This document shows, in pieces, positions 50,571-64,000 of a stretch of DNA of 64,000 nucleotides. The stretch's first letter is position 1; the number at the start of each line of letters is the position of its first letter. A program made the position numbers and the translations under genes. The notes beneath the pieces were generated by a model. The model ran no database searches and was not told the DNA's origin. It saw only the letters and a list, made by a program, of their open reading frames with translations. Source of the DNA: Mobula hypostoma. Taxonomy: Eukaryota. The stretch covers positions 175,524,001 to 175,588,000 of the forward strand of contig NC_086097.1 in assembly GCF_963921235.1 (NCBI RefSeq). The letters run 5' to 3'.

Positions 50571-50782
50571 CTTGAATGCGTGCTAAATCAATCTTGAATA
50601 GCTTCAAGTAGCAGTTGAGAGCTGCAAATTTGTTTTAATAATTAGCTCAGGAACATATTTGAAGTGTATGTTTACTTGCATTTGTTATGTAATGCCTTTG
50701 TCGTAACCTTTTTTTTAGACACTTGCCATAGTTGCTTTGAAGTTACAAATTTAGCTGATATTACACACTTTTATTTCTGCAG

Positions 50783-50898
50783 CTGGTGTCTAGAAAAGGT
50801 CTCAGTCGTTCTTTGTTCACCGCAACTAAGAAATGGTTCAGTGGCAGTAAAGTGCCAGAGAAAACTCTAAATGAATTAAAAAATACTTCCAGTCTGTT
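50783..50898 (+). CDS. TRAPPC8: TRAPPC8 coding exon (window exon 5)
   Basis: ctgcag/gtaagt boundaries. LVSRKGLSRSLFTATKKWFSGSKVPEKTLNELKNTSSL(L). Confidence 0.95.
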
Positions 50899-51672
50899 GT
50901 AAGTCGATTTTTCTGTAATTTTGGTAAAGTTCTCTTGATTTGCTTTGAAAAAGAATGCAAATCCTTAAGGCTATGCAATAATAACAATAGTTACTGATAA
51001 TTGACAATAGATAAAAGTGTGGTGTTGAAATACATCTGGCATATGGGAGGAGAAAATATTCCATGGTAAGAGATTTCAAAAGAATAAATACAAGGATTGT
51101 AATTTTAGCTTTAAGTTTTGGGTAAACTGCATTGAGGTGTAAGAGGGAATAAACATATTTAAAAGATAAACTGGGTATAGCAAGTTAGAGGTAACTTCTG
51201 AGTAAAATGGTTTTCCACTAACCTAGGTCAAGTTAAATGTAGGAAACCATTAATTTAAACATAATCTTGCTTTTGAGGAGGACAAAAGAATTTATTACAA
51301 TCCTTAAGTATTTTAAGTGCACCTGAATACTGAAATGCAAAACTGCTGGAGAGGTATATGAATCTGCAGATCAAAGGATGTGGATTAACAAAAAGGAAAA
51401 TTAGCTCATATTTACAACATCTGTTCAAGGAATCCTTTCAATTTGTAAATGTAATTTTTTTTGCATTCATTTTTGAAGTTGCAGTAATTTTTATCTTGTG
51501 CTGTACTGCTGCTGCAAAACAGTAGATTTAATGGAATATGTCAATGATAGTAAACCTGAATTTGCAGATCAATGTAAATCGTATTGGGTAACTTAGAATA
51601 AGGGGAGTGAGTTTTAGATTTCTGCGTATGTTACTTTGTTCTGATGTTTTTCTCTGCTTTGACATTTTTCAG

Positions 51673-51823
51673 GTATCCACCAGAGGCTCCAGAGCTGCAA
51701 ATAAGAAAAATGGCAGATCTTTGTTTCTTGGTACAACATTACGACCTGGCCTACAACTGTTACCATACCGCAAAGAAAGATTTTCTGAATGACCAAGCAA
51801 TGCTTTATGCAGCAGGCGCATTG
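51673..51823 (+). CDS. TRAPPC8: TRAPPC8 coding exon (window exon 6)
   Basis: tttcag/gttagt boundaries. YPPEAPELQIRKMADLCFLVQHYDLAYNCYHTAKKDFLNDQAMLYAAGAL. Confidence 0.96.
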
Positions 51824-53159
51824 GTTAGTGCTTATTCTAATTACAAAATGGGTTGCAAGTGATAATATAAAAGGGTTCCAAAATTTTCTGCATACATCTT
51901 TTTATTTTAAAACTCATATTACCAGAATATCTTTAACAATAACTTTTACATTCATTTTAATGACTGGTATATATTTTTAAGATGTCTTGTTTTCTCCCTA
52001 AGTTGTCCTTATTTTCCTACTTGCCCCATAAGTCAAGAAAAAAATATTATACCTAAATAGGATTGTGAACAATGGTTCACTTTAATGCTTTTGTCAGTAT
52101 GGGTTAGATTCCACCTTTTAAGATATCATTGCTCATGAAGCTTGACAATGAGGTAAAATGTTCCATTAGTTACTGATGTGATGGCAGTGACAATATTTTG
52201 TTAGTGTCTGCTTCAGTTTGAATTTGTCAAATGAAAGTTTCCTTGAAAAGACTGCAAAAACAATGTTAGAATCAATATTATAAACTTGTTTGGATAGAAA
52301 TTTGGATATGATGATTTGCTATTTCCTCATTTAAATATTTTGCATTTCATTCAAATTTGCTTCAAATGACATTTTAAAAGGAGTCGAGGAGGTGGGTTAT
52401 TCTGTCCATTTGGGTTAGCGCTTTTAGTAAGCAATTAGATTATTCACAATGACTTTTTGTTTCATGTCCCTGCCATTTTGCCTCCTGGTGCCTATTGAGT
52501 TCCTCTTTGCAATCTGTCATCAATCTGCTTTCATCTGTCCAGCTAGAATTAACATCTGGGCCTGCAAAAATCTTCTGTTCAGCCAATGAAGCCATGTGTT
52601 AGTGACCATAGGAAGGATGGTGGGCATTTGCTCCAGAGTAAAGATAATGTGTTATTTTACAATGGAGCTATAGATTTACTACTGGATGAACAAGAAAATT
52701 TTTGGTGGGGAAAACGATGTGCATATAATAGCACAGCAAAAGAAAACTGCAAATGCTGGAAGTCTGAAATAAAAACAGAATTAACATCTTCAACTTGAAA
52801 CAATCTACACAGACTTCCTGATTGTTCTAAAACTGTTTTAATTATAAAATCTGTTTGGTATTCTGAAGAGTGAATCTATTGATGGTGCAGAATTAATGTA
52901 TGTTCATGAGTTCTGATCAACTGAAAAATCTTTTCCGCCTAGCACTTTAAAGTTGTTTTTGTGAGCCATCTGCCAAAGTAAAATTCTTAATCCAACTTGC
53001 TCTGTGATTTGTTAACTGAAAGTGCTTCATGTATGTCAGTCCAGTCCCCATTGTCAAAAGATCTGCAAGCATTTTCTTTTGTACTTGAGTTTTTTTTAGT
53101 ATAGATCTAAAGAGTTTCTGATATTTTACTTTGTCCATTATTTGTGAATATTGATAGTA

Positions 53160-53500
53160 AGTAGAAACAGAGAAAGCTTACAGCACAATACAGGCCCTTC
53201 GGCCCACAATGCTGTGCCGAACACGTACATACTTTAGAAATTACCTAGCGTTACCCAGAGCCCTCTATTTTCTAAGCTCTGCGTACCTATCCAGGTACTA
53301 AAAGATCCTGTCACATCTGTTTCCACCATTGTTTTCGGCAGTCTATTTCACGCACTCACCACTGTGTGTTTTTTAAAAAAAAACTTACCCTGACATCTTC
53401 TCTGTACCTGCTTCCAAGCAGCTTAAAACTGTGCCCTCTCGTGTTAGTCATTTCATCCCTAGGGAGGAAAAAGCCTCTGACTATCCAGACAATCAATGTC
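53160..53500 (-). mobile_element. CR1 LINE 3' fragment
   Basis: ORF 53356-53550 contains TNTRGHSFKLLGSRYREDVR; CR1 tail in reverse. Confidence 0.78.
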
Positions 53501-54652
53501 AGAAGGAAGTTTGGAATGAGCCTGACTTCAAGGTTTTTTAGGGTGTCCATGATCTCTGCCAGCCTGTAGTTTTTCTGACCTAATTGGCTCCAATGATTGA
53601 GCAGTTCTCAGGCTTCAAATCCTGAGATTCCCCCCACCACCACACATGGAACCTAGTGGGCATTTAGATCCGCATAGACAAGGCAAAAGCGTCCATTTCC
53701 CTGCTGTATTAGTGTGGCTCTTAAGATGGTACACCATGAGTCCCTGGATACTAGCTGTCAGGGGACTTTTAAGTTATGAGATATCTCTTGATTGTCAGAG
53801 ATACTTGTTATAAAAAATAAAGACTAAAATTTTTAGCTTAAAATATTACAGTAATTAAACATATTAAGATCCTAAAAGGGGCGTATCTGACCTGTCTGGT
53901 ACTAAGTCCTCAGTCCAGCAATGGGGCAGTTGGCCTCTAGCACATCTTGGACTCTGTTTTGAGGTTCTGGAATGGCTATATTTCAGCCAGCAAGATTTGG
54001 CCCAGCGTAGTTAAAAACAGATGGTGTTAACAAGCTAAGCAACATTTGTGGTGAAAGAGTTAATGTTTCAGATCATTACACCTTCAGAACAGTGGATGAT
54101 GATCTGCTTGGCCTAAAAAACAAAAATTGTAGTGTGACAGCAGTGGGAATGAGAAATATTTGAAGGGAAATTGGGAGAAATTGAAGGACATTTTGAAGAG
54201 TGGAAGATGTGAAGATCTAAGTAACATCCAGAGTTAATTCATTGATTCTTTGGAAGTTGGTTCCATGATAGAAATAAGCTTCCACATCTTCCCTGATGTG
54301 GTTCATTTTATTCAAATTAATATTCTTCAAAAAACTATACTCCATTGAACTGGTATCTGATCACCTTTAGCTTTGCCTCTGAGAAAAAACTGAATAGTGT
54401 TAAAGTAATGCTTAGTGTTTAATGTTAATTGCTGCATAAGTCCACATTGAAATGAGATTTTCATCTTAATACTGTGAGTCAGAATGATTAATTTAACATT
54501 GATGCATGGGTTACTTAAAATTTTTTAATTATTTTTGGTACTTTGGTGCATATTTGTTTTTTAAATCCGAACATATAAATATTTTGAATTTGAAGTGTTG
54601 AGTGTTGCGTAATATGAAAATAACATTTCTTCTTAAAATCTTAACGTGAAAG

Positions 54653-54753
54653 GAAATGGCAGCAGCCTCGGTTTTTCTTCAACCTGGAGCACAGCGGCAA
54701 TATCCCACCCATTATATGGAAACAGCAATTCAAACATACAAGGACCTGTGCAA
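54653..54753 (+). CDS. TRAPPC8: TRAPPC8 coding exon (window exon 7)
   Basis: gaaag/gtatgt boundaries. EMAAASVFLQPGAQRQYPTHYMETAIQTYKDLC(K). Confidence 0.93.
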
Positions 54754-55686
54754 GTATGTGACTCTTCAAGGAATTGGGAATTGACATGTAATGAAGTGAG
54801 ATTACTGCTATTTTCTAATCGATTTCAGAATCTTGTATTAGATGTTCTGAAACTATACAAACTAATACTAGATTAGAAGTCAGTTTTGGTGTCTGCTCAA
54901 CTAGATACTTAAGATCATAAGAGCTAGAAGCAGGAGTAGTTCATTTGGCCCATTGAGCCTGCTCTGCCATTCAATAAGATCATAGTAGATCTATACAGCT
55001 ATGGACTCAGTTCCACCTACCTGTTTTTCCCCGTAGATTCTTCCTCTACCATTCGAGAATCTGTGTCTTAAATATATTTAATTAGGTAGCCCCTACTGCT
55101 GCTTTGGACAGAGAATTCCACAGATTGGCTACTCTGTGGGGCAAAAGCAGTTTCTGATTCCTGTCATAACTTTATTCTCCTGAATCTAGATGCTATACCC
55201 CTTATCTCTAGTCTCAAGTAGTCTTGCAAATTTTTTTGGAACAGAATTACAAACCACAAGAGCAGTGACATTCAGAGAAGTGGAATATCTGTTTAAATAG
55301 AACATAGAATGTTGGAAATAGTTGAAAAGGTGGTGCAGTATGTGTGGAGGGAGGAAGAGTTAATTTTTCTTATTGATGATCTTTGTATGAAACTTTCACA
55401 GCATTTCTGTGAGCGTATGGGGTTTTGTTTCTGTGGTGGTTTCCTCTAACCCAAGAGACCTGGTAAGTTTATTGGCTGCTGTAAATTACCCTTATTGGAG
55501 GTTGGACAATAATCATTGGAGGATTGGTGGGCAGGTGAGAGAGTGCAATTTGTCAGACTGCAGATAAAGTAAGTGTAAAAATGGGATGGATGGAATTGCT
55601 TGCATTGGAGTCAGTATAAATGCAGTGACTGAATTGATCAAATCTAACTTGGTACTTAAATTTTTCATATAATTGCTCCTTTCTAG

Positions 55687-55792
55687 GAACTTGGTACTTG
55701 CTGAGCGATGTACATTATTGAGTGCTGAAATCTTAAAAAGCCAAGCCAAATATTCAGAAGCTGCAACACTGCTTATTCGGATGACTAGTGAG
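55687..55792 (+). CDS. TRAPPC8: TRAPPC8 coding exon (window exon 8)
   Basis: ttctag/gtagga boundaries. NLVLAERCTLLSAEILKSQAKYSEAATLLIRMTSE. Confidence 0.95.
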
Positions 55793-56952
55793 GTAGGAGA
55801 TGTTATAAATTCCTTCTGACAATATCCAATTTTGTCATAGTATGAGTTTTTCTTAGATCTGATACAAAATTGTTCTTTGAATATTAGGTCATGGGCACTA
55901 TGCTGGTGAAATACTTGCCAAAAATTCAGTTGAGATTTCAATTAGAATTATGAAAGTGAGCACACTTTTTCCATTGATGTATATAACATTTGTCAAAGTT
56001 GCCCTATTTAACCATTGTGTAATAACTTGGTTTGGAAGTTCAAAGTCATCTAGAGTCACAAAATGATATTGTTTCTTTTATTTCTACTTAATTATTTTAC
56101 TTCTGGGGCAGATTACCTGCACAAAAGGGTTGTGTTTGAATGGGAGGGAAACTAATGTCCTGATGGGAAGTTTTGCTAGTGCTCATTGGGCGGGTTTCAA
56201 CTAGTCTGCCAGGGAATTGGGACCCAAAATAAGAGGGTTGAGGCAATTTAGTTAAAGTAAGTCCATTAGGCAGGACAGAGAGTGAAGAAGGCCTGATAGG
56301 TTAAATACATTTATTTTGATGCATGAAGCCTGACAGGTGAAGGAGCTGGACTCAGAACGTGGGAAAGTATTATAGCTGTTACACAAAGAGAGCTGATGAG
56401 TGGACAGGCTCAATGTTTTGGGGCATTGGTGATAGATTTGGAGGTAAGAGAGGAGGACGAGTTGCATCTTTGATCAGGGAGAACATGGCGGTGCTTAGGG
56501 AATATGCTGGAATTTTGCAGATGACAATTATTAGTGTGGATAGTGAAGTATAAGATTAAACAGGATACATCAACTGTGAAAGTGGGCAAACGAATGGCAG
56601 ATGGAGTTTCAATTCAAGTGTTGAATGATGCATTTTGGGAAGTTAAACCAGGGCAGGATGTACAATGAATGGAGAATGATGTAGTTGTATATTCCAATAT
56701 ATCATAGTAGACAACAGATGGCACTGGTGAAGCACAGTGACTACTTGTCCATAACAAATACAACTACTAACAATTTTATTAATCACATCTTTTCTGGTAA
56801 ACATTCAATGCAATCAATAGCCAGTAATTTCCCTTTTGGAGTTGAGCTTTTGAACTGCCTGTACTATCTGACATTTTTGTGATGTGAACTGAAGTCTCGA
56901 AGGTGTGCAGGATGGTTGCAGCGTGGCTTGTATGGACCCAATGGAAGCGGTG

Positions 56953-57133
56953 GGGCCTGGACCCAAGAACATAGAATGAGCCTGTGTTTAGTCATTGCTA
57001 GAGTGGTCTCTCTGTGGCAGAGCTGAGGCGAGGCAGGGCCTGGGCCCAAGAACATAGAATGAGCCTGTGTTTAGCCATTGCTCGAGAGGTCTGTCTGTGG
57101 CATAGCTGAGGCGAGGCAGGGCCTGGGCCCAAG
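56953..57133 (+). repeat. 83-bp tandem duplication (2 copies plus a partial third)
   Basis: The unit start GGGCCTGG(A/G)CCCAAG recurs at 56953, 57036 and 57119; the first two units continue AACATAGAATGAGCCTGTGTTTAG. Confidence 0.85.
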
Positions 57134-58599
57134 GGTGAGGAAAGACCCAGGGTTTAATTTAAGCACCAAGCCGAATTGGAAAGACAGGGTATGGGCCAAT
57201 GGAGGTGGCGGGGCCTGGGTCTGAGAGTGTATTGCTACAGCAGGGCCCAGGTCTGAGAGTGAGGAACGATGTAAGGTCTGTCTGATTTAAGATGGGCCAA
57301 ATTGAAAAGATCAGGGTGTTGGGGCCAGGGGCAAGGAACGTGCTGGTGTTCAGCTTGCTTTTCCGCAAGGTTTACTCATCTCTGCGCTGCACTGAGGCCA
57401 TGGCCTGCAACTAATAAGTTCGTGGACTGGCTACAGTGATGACAGGCTTCATGGCTGTGATCTCACTTTCGTGAATTTCAGTTATTTGCATGATTTGTTT
57501 TTTTTCCCCTGCACATTGGTTTGACAGTCTCTTTTTCAAAAACATGGGTTTTATTGGGTTTCTTTGTTTTGTTGCTGCCTCTGAGGAGACGAATATCAAG
57601 GTCGTATATAATATGCGTTCTTTGATAATAAATGTACTTTGAACTTAATTGGTACTGCTTCACAATCATGCACTTAAATTCTAACATAAAAATAAAGCAA
57701 ATTGCAGTGCTTGAAGATTTTTATCTGATGCTCACTTGAAAATACCTAATGTTTTATTTCTTTGGAAAACTAAATGAACGCCTTACCTTCACAGGTGGGG
57801 ATTGTGTTCCTGCTAGTATCTGAAGCAACACAAAAAGTTTGTATCACTAGTGTGTTCAGTAATCTTGGGCCTTTCCAGTTAATGACCACTAAGTGTTTTA
57901 GAGTACATCTTTGCAAGGGTAATTATGATTCAAACTTCAATTGGCTGCAGAAGTAATAAACTGCACCCAAGTGCTTTCTTTTTGTTGGAGTCATGGAGGA
58001 ATACAGCCCTGATTTGGCAAACTATGTCGATTATCAACCTCCCATTTTTCCGAGTTTCACAGGAATTCCTTTGACTCAATACTTGGATGTTCACGAAGGC
58101 TGCCCATGTTATCTTAGCCCTAATTTTAACATCTGTTGTTGTATCATCTTTATTACATTTAATTATTTGTATTTAACTGACCCAATAGTTGCTTGAATTC
58201 ACAGGGTTCAAAGCTGTATTGTTAACTTAAGGGTTTGGATTTCGATTCAGCACAAGGAAATTTTTGCAGTCCTATGTCAGATAGCTGAGGGTACTGAGTA
58301 GATTGACCCGCTCACTCAGTCAGTGAGTCTGGCTGGCATCTACTTTTCCCATGCCCACTTCTTCTCATCATGGATGTTTCTGCAAACTCTTTCCCACACA
58401 TTTCCATCTTACAAACAGTTCAGGTTACCAATAGTTCTCAGAAAATAAGTCCTGTCATAGCCTGGATTGCCCCTGTCATATTCTGGACTGCCTATCTAGA
58501 TGATATTGAGAACAGTTCTTGAATATATTAATTTGACTTTGAGCAGTGGTATTGAAATTTTTCAGTGATATGGGGCTTCAATGTCTTTGGTAAATGTAG

Positions 58600-58731
58600 G
58601 ATTCTGACCTTCGAAGTGCGATATTACTGGAACAAGCTGCTCACTGTTTTATCAACATGCGATCTCCGATGGTGCGGAAGTTTGCTTTTCATATGATTCT
58701 GGCTGGACATCGGTTTGGTAAAGCAGATCAG
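58600..58731 (+). CDS. TRAPPC8: TRAPPC8 coding exon (window exon 9)
   Basis: atgtag/gtaaac boundaries. DSDLRSAILLEQAAHCFINMRSPMVRKFAFHMILAGHRFGKADQ. Confidence 0.95.
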
Positions 58732-59709
58732 GTAAACATGCCATTGAAATGTGCAATTAACAGATCTTTTGAGAAAACCAATATGTCAATGCATTAAGTT
58801 AAATCTGCTTTGTCTATTCTCTGTCAGCCCTTTGTCTTGCTCAAGTTCTTCAGTTTCCAGGTTTTGAGTTGGTTGAATTTTTGGTACAGACTGTTTAAAT
58901 TATGATCCAGGTAAATTGTTGGAGTGTAGGTCTCAGACTTACTTTCTTTACCATTTTTCTGATTGCTTACAAGATGCATATTAAGGATGAATGTAGTTTC
59001 TAGAGAAGCCTTTGACCATTATAAATTTGATATTACTTATCTAAGTTTCAAGTATAAAATTTTGTTTTGTTCAGATTGTTCACATAACTCTTGGGGCTGG
59101 TTCTTTCAAATTGTTAGATTAATCTCAGAATGGGATTATTGGTGTTTAAAATAGATATTTCTTTTATTGAGGGAGAGGTCTGAATTTTGGAGTTCTGTTT
59201 CAATAGAGCTTTTGATATGCAGTTATTGTGGTTTGGTACAACTTTTCAGGCACCAAAGGAAATAGGGATATAAAGGGAAAATGTAACCAAGGTAGCAGCA
59301 CATCCACAGTAAATGGCAGAGCAGTTTATAAGGCGAGAGAGAAATGGTTTAAAAGAGATCTGAATGGCAACTTAATACAAAGGAAGATGAATATATGAAA
59401 TGAGCTGCCAGAGGAAGTGTTTGAAGGTATAATGAAAACTTCTAAAAGGCATTTGGACAGGGACATGGATAGGAAAGGCTTAGAGGGATATGGGACTAGG
59501 TTAGATGGACATCTTGGTCAGCATGGATGAGTTGGACTAAAGGGCTCCTCAGAGCATTCAGCATAAAAAGTATAGGACCCATGCACTTTCCTCAGTCCGT
59601 ATGGGTTCTTTTAAATGATTAACTAAAGTCCTTGCTGTAATGAAATCTGAAGTCTTTGATTGTCACTGCTTTCTCAATCCTGCAAATCTCTGAATTGTTT
59701 TCATTACAG

Positions 59710-59934
59710 CGAAAGCATGCCTTGCGGTGCTACAGTCAAGCAATGCAAGTTTACAAAGGAAAAGGATGGAGTCTGGCAGAGGATCATATCAACTTCACGA
59801 TTGGTCGTCAGTCTTTCACTCTGAAACAGCTGGACAATGCAGTGTCAGCCTTTAGGCATATTCTGATCAATGACAGCAAGCAGACAGCTGCTCAGCAGGA
59901 GGCTTTCCTTCGGGAGTACCTTTATGTTTATAAG
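59710..59934 (+). CDS. TRAPPC8: TRAPPC8 coding exon (window exon 10)
   Basis: ttacag/gtaaga boundaries. RKHALRCYSQAMQVYKGKGWSLAEDHINFTIGRQSFTLKQLDNAVSAFRHILINDSKQTAAQQEAFLREYLYVYK. Confidence 0.96.
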
Positions 59935-60559
59935 GTAAGAGAAATCAAGAAGTAATGAATCCTAGTGTTGATTAACTTTATTGGCAGAAAATAAAGGATG
60001 TAATCCTTTTAAAATTGTAAAACAACGTTTGATGTTGAAAATGAGGATTACTTCAAATATTAATGGAAGTAATTCTATTGCTATCATAGTAATTACTGAG
60101 GTTGCAATAACTGTTTTTGCTCTGTACATTAATCTTAATGGAAGCACCTTTACAGGTACCTGTATTTTGTATTTTTGATTCACAAATTTTAAGCCCCAGT
60201 AAAGTATTCATTAATTTTAAAAAAAAAGCAAATCAAGTTGTTGGCTTATTCTGTATTTAGAACTTTTCCTCTGCCTTTCCTTAATTTTATTTGTAGTTGC
60301 TTGTGATGAGAAGTAATCCATAAACCTGAATGTAGTATGTAGCCGTGGGCCTCTTTTCCAGTATCTTGTCTATTTTGATTCCTGCCTCACTGAATCTTCA
60401 TGCCTGGTTCTACCATGCACCACTGGTCTTCCATTCTCCCTGCTCCTTCACTGCACTGAAGTAAAGAATAAATGCCCAAATATCATCGTTTGTGAAAGTA
60501 GGACTTCCTGCATTATGCGAAGCAAGTTAATTGACATTACTTTATGTATTGAATTCAAG

Positions 60560-61360
60560 GCAGATGGAAATGGTTTTTTCTCAGGGTAGGGTAGTCCAAA
60601 GCTGGGGAGCGACAGTCGAGGATGGGAACTATATAAATGGATTTTAGGGACAGCTTTTTCCGTCAGGGTGGTGAGTATGTGGAATGAGCCCCCAGACAAA
60701 GTGGTTGAAGCAGGTACAATAATATCACTGAAGAAGCATTTGGATAAGTTTTATGTTGGGGTGGGACTTAAAGGAATATGGGCTGAGTACAGGAAATTGG
60801 GACTCATTCACATGAAGTGCCTGCCTTCATGCAGTATTACTCTCTGACTCTAAGATTAGTCAGGAAGTTGTGCTGGTGCTTTATGGAAGTCTGGTTAGTA
60901 TTGTATTTGGTTTTGGTTAACCCATTAGAGGGAGAGGGTGCAGAAGAAATTTCCCTCAATGTTGCCTGAGTTAGAGGGAGTGTGTTGTTTTCTCTGGAAC
61001 AGCAGAAGTTTATTGGTAACCTAATAGAATTTTTTAAGAATATCAAAGGCATAGACAGCTGGTATCCTTTTCCCAGGGATGAAATGATTCATATTAAAGG
61101 ATGTGCATTTAAGGTGAGAGAGGCAAGGTTCAAAAGAGGTGTGTGGAACAATTTATTTTGTACACAGTAGTGGGTGTCTGGGGTCAACTGCCACTGTTGG
61201 TGCTGCAGGAAGATACAATAACATTTAAGAAGTTCTTAGATGGGCACATGAATATACAAAAAAAGGTGAAATATCATGTGCCGGCGCAAGATATTAATTT
61301 GGCATCAGTTAACAAGGTCAGCACTGTATTGTGGCTGTATCATACTGTTCTATGTGTCTA
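60560..61360 (+). mobile_element. Two decayed CR1 3' fragments
   Basis: cagggtggtgagtatgtggaatgagc and tttaaggtgagagaggcaaggttcaaaagagg match CR1 ORF2-end motifs. Confidence 0.7.
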
Positions 61361-61877
61361 GTTCTGTAAAACAGCAACTGCTTTTATCCCCTGTACACCC
61401 TTGGAGATTGCAGTGTTGGTTCATTTTAATTTCAGATCCCTGTATGGATTCTTTTGTTTCTGTGATGTTTTACTTTCAAATAAAATGGATATGGATATAG
61501 ATTGTTTTTCAAAAAGGATGCATCTTGGCCTCCACCCAAGCTACATTTTGGTGCACACCTGACTCCAGATGCTTGGATCTGGAAAAACAATCAATCTTCT
61601 GGAAGAACTCAGTGGATCAGTCAGCATCTGTGAGGAAAGGAATTGTTGAGGCTTCAAGTTGAAACCCTACATCAGGACTGTAGGGCTCAGATGCAGAGTT
61701 TTGATCTGAAACATTGACAATTCCTTCCCTTGCACAGATGCTGATTGACTCACTGAGTTCTTCCAGCAAATTGTTAAAAATCTTAATGGAAATCCTTGCA
61801 ATGTTTAGCATGGAAAAAGAAAGACCCAACTGGGTTGTTTGCACGGCCATGTTCCTCATTAAAGTGTATTATATGCT

Positions 61878-63740
61878 TGTTCTTAGCCCTTTGTTATTTA
61901 ACTTGGCCTTAGAATCCCTTGCTATTGCTCTTAGAGATTCTAATACTGGTCAGGGTATTAAAAGACGGGACAAAATACACAAGGTTTCATTATATGTAGA
62001 TGACCTGCTAGTTTATATTTCAGATCCTAGGAAATCTATTCCTTCTATGTTATCTATATTTTGTGAATTCAGTAGTTTCTCTGGGTATAAATTAAATTTA
62101 CATAAAAGTGAGTTATTTCCTATTAATAATTACTCGGATCCAAATCATCAAGTACCTTTTAGTATTGCTAAATATTACTTTACCTATCTTGGTATTAAAA
62201 TTACCAAAAATTTTAAGGATCTTTATAAATATAATTTTTTTTCATTAATTGATTACACCAAACAAATGCTTTCTAAATGGTCGCCTAGTACATTATCATT
62301 ACTAGGTCAAATTAATGCTATTAAAATGATCGTCTTACTGAAACTTTTTTTAATATTTTTTTTAATTTATATTTCAGGCAGTTCCTTCCTTTGTTCCTAA
62401 AAAGTTCTTTGACAGAACAGATTCTATAATCTTATCATATATTTGGAACAATAAAAATCCTAGATTGAATAAACTCTTATTGCAGAAATTAAAAAAGGAT
62501 GGTGGTATGGCTTCGCCAAATTTTAGAATGGGCAATTAATATTCGATATTTTACTTTTTGGATTCACTATTCAGATATACATGAATGTCCTTCATGGTTG
62601 GATCTAGAGGTAAACTCGGTGAAAGGTTTCTCTTTGGCCTCTTTACTGGGAGCTCCTCTTCCCTTTTGATTTTGGAAGATTAGTAGACAAGATTTTAAAC
62701 CCATTATTAAACATACGTTAAGAATTTGGTTTCAGTTTCGTAGATCTTTTGAGCTAAATAATTTTACTCTTTCTAGTAATATCCATCTGAATTTTTTTTT
62801 AAACCATCAATTTTGGATAAGGCCTTTTTAATTTGGAAAACCAAGGGAATAATAACTTTTTCAGATTTGTTTTTGTGGGACTGTTTAATGTCTTTTTCTC
62901 AGTTAGTGGATAAATATGATTTATCTAATGTACACTTTTTTAGATATTTACAAATTAGCAATTTTTTACGTGGTTTGTTGCCAAATTACCCCTCTGCTTA
63001 TCCACCTAATATGACAGATGCTCTCTTTCAGTTTAAACCATTTCCAAAAGGGTTGGTAGCTATAATCTATAAAGGGTTATTGAACTTACGAATGATAGCT
63101 AATGATAAAATTAAACGTGCTTGGGAATTGGAATTTCAGGAGTCATTTTCAGATAATCAATGGAGTAAAATTTTTCACTTGGTTAATAACTCCTCTATTT
63201 GTGCCCGCCACTCCTTGATACAGTTCAAGGTAGTGCATCGGGCCCATAGGTCAAAGGATAAACTAGCGCGTATTTTTTCCAATATCAATCCTATTTGTGA
63301 CATGTAATATTGAGGTGGCCACTTTAACTCACATGTATTGGTCTTGTATAAAGCTAGATAACTTTTGGAGAGATGTTTTTAAAACGTTATCGAAAGTCTT
63401 GGATCTGGATCTACAACCTAATTTGCTTACGGCAATTTTTGGGATTATCCCATCGGAAGCTGGAATCATTCCTGTTTCTGCTCAACGTATGATAGCCTTT
63501 TCGACTTTATTGGCTAGGAGAGCCATTTTATTGAAGTGGAAGGATTCTAATCCACCTACGGTCTTTTATTGTCTTTCCTCCATTGTGTTCTGTTTAAGTT
63601 TAGAGAAAATAAGAAGTTGGACATTTGATACATCCTTTAAATTTGAGCAAATCTGGCGACCTTTTATTCAGTATTTGCATTTAATTTGATTTATTACACT
63701 TCCAATTTTTTCTTGAAGTTTTTGATTTGAAGGTTAGATC
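61878..63740 (+). mobile_element. Older L1 LINE, 5'-truncated (RT C-terminal half to 3' UTR)
   Basis: LSPLLFNLALESLAIA, SLYVDDLLVYI, SGYKLN, HSLIQFKVVHRAH and THMYWSC motifs across ORFs 61714-62400, 62813-63307 and 63297-63689. Confidence 0.92.
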
Positions 63741-63915
63741 AATGCAGAACTCTTCAACTCCCAGTAAAATTTGCCACTGTTGCAAATTAAGAAGCAAAGG
63801 ATAAAACTGATAACCTAAGGATGGGATCACGGAGTGAAGATCTATTTGAATATTACTGAAATTGTAATAATTTAAAATATTAGTAACTAAAGAAATCAAC
63901 CTTTTCCTATTTTAG

Positions 63916-64000
63916 AATGTGAGCCAGTTCTTACCAGAAGGACCATTACCCCAACTTCCCTTGCCCTACATTAAGAGCTCAGCAACACGGGTCTTTTTTG
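63916..64000 (+). CDS. TRAPPC8: TRAPPC8 coding exon (window exon 11, truncated by window end)
   Basis: ttttag acceptor. NVSQFLPEGPLPQLPLPYIKSSATRVFF. Confidence 0.93.

Noticed and set aside
51671..51681. AG|GTATCC at an exon start as a U12 or recursive 5' splice site
   Set aside because: It is explained by the conserved Leu-Tyr-Pro codons, and positions +7/+8 are AC rather than TT.
56953..57133. CRISPR-like array
   Set aside because: It is a simple tandem duplication with no unique spacers, in vertebrate DNA with no cas genes.
61714..61878. N-terminal part of the 228-aa ORF as a fusion gene
   Set aside because: Chance read-through from a Penelope-terminus remnant into a truncated L1 RT fragment, with a non-ATG start.

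Overview
This is eukaryotic (vertebrate) genomic DNA, most likely from a cartilaginous fish, judging by the CR1/HER1-like LINEs, V-SINEs and Penelope repeats. The window covers the middle of TRAPPC8 (trafficking protein particle complex subunit 8) on the + strand. I located 11 consecutive coding exons between 5155 and 64000 with GT-AG boundaries and matching phases; the last is cut by the window end. The introns are packed with transposable elements. The 31.7-kb intron (19109-50782) holds a near-complete CR1, a decayed Penelope, a solo LTR, hAT elements and a four-level nest: a Tigger/MER2-like DNA transposon, then an old L1 fragment, then a full-length L1 (+), then a full-length sister L1 (-). 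Target-site duplications are visible for the two innermost insertions. Other notable features are a minimal hammerhead-ribozyme motif in a Penelope terminus and repeated fold-back pairs of such termini. There is also an inverted copy of the L1 5'-terminal ETS-like motif inside the L1 inter-ORF spacer. Family names come from recalled motifs; no database search was run.
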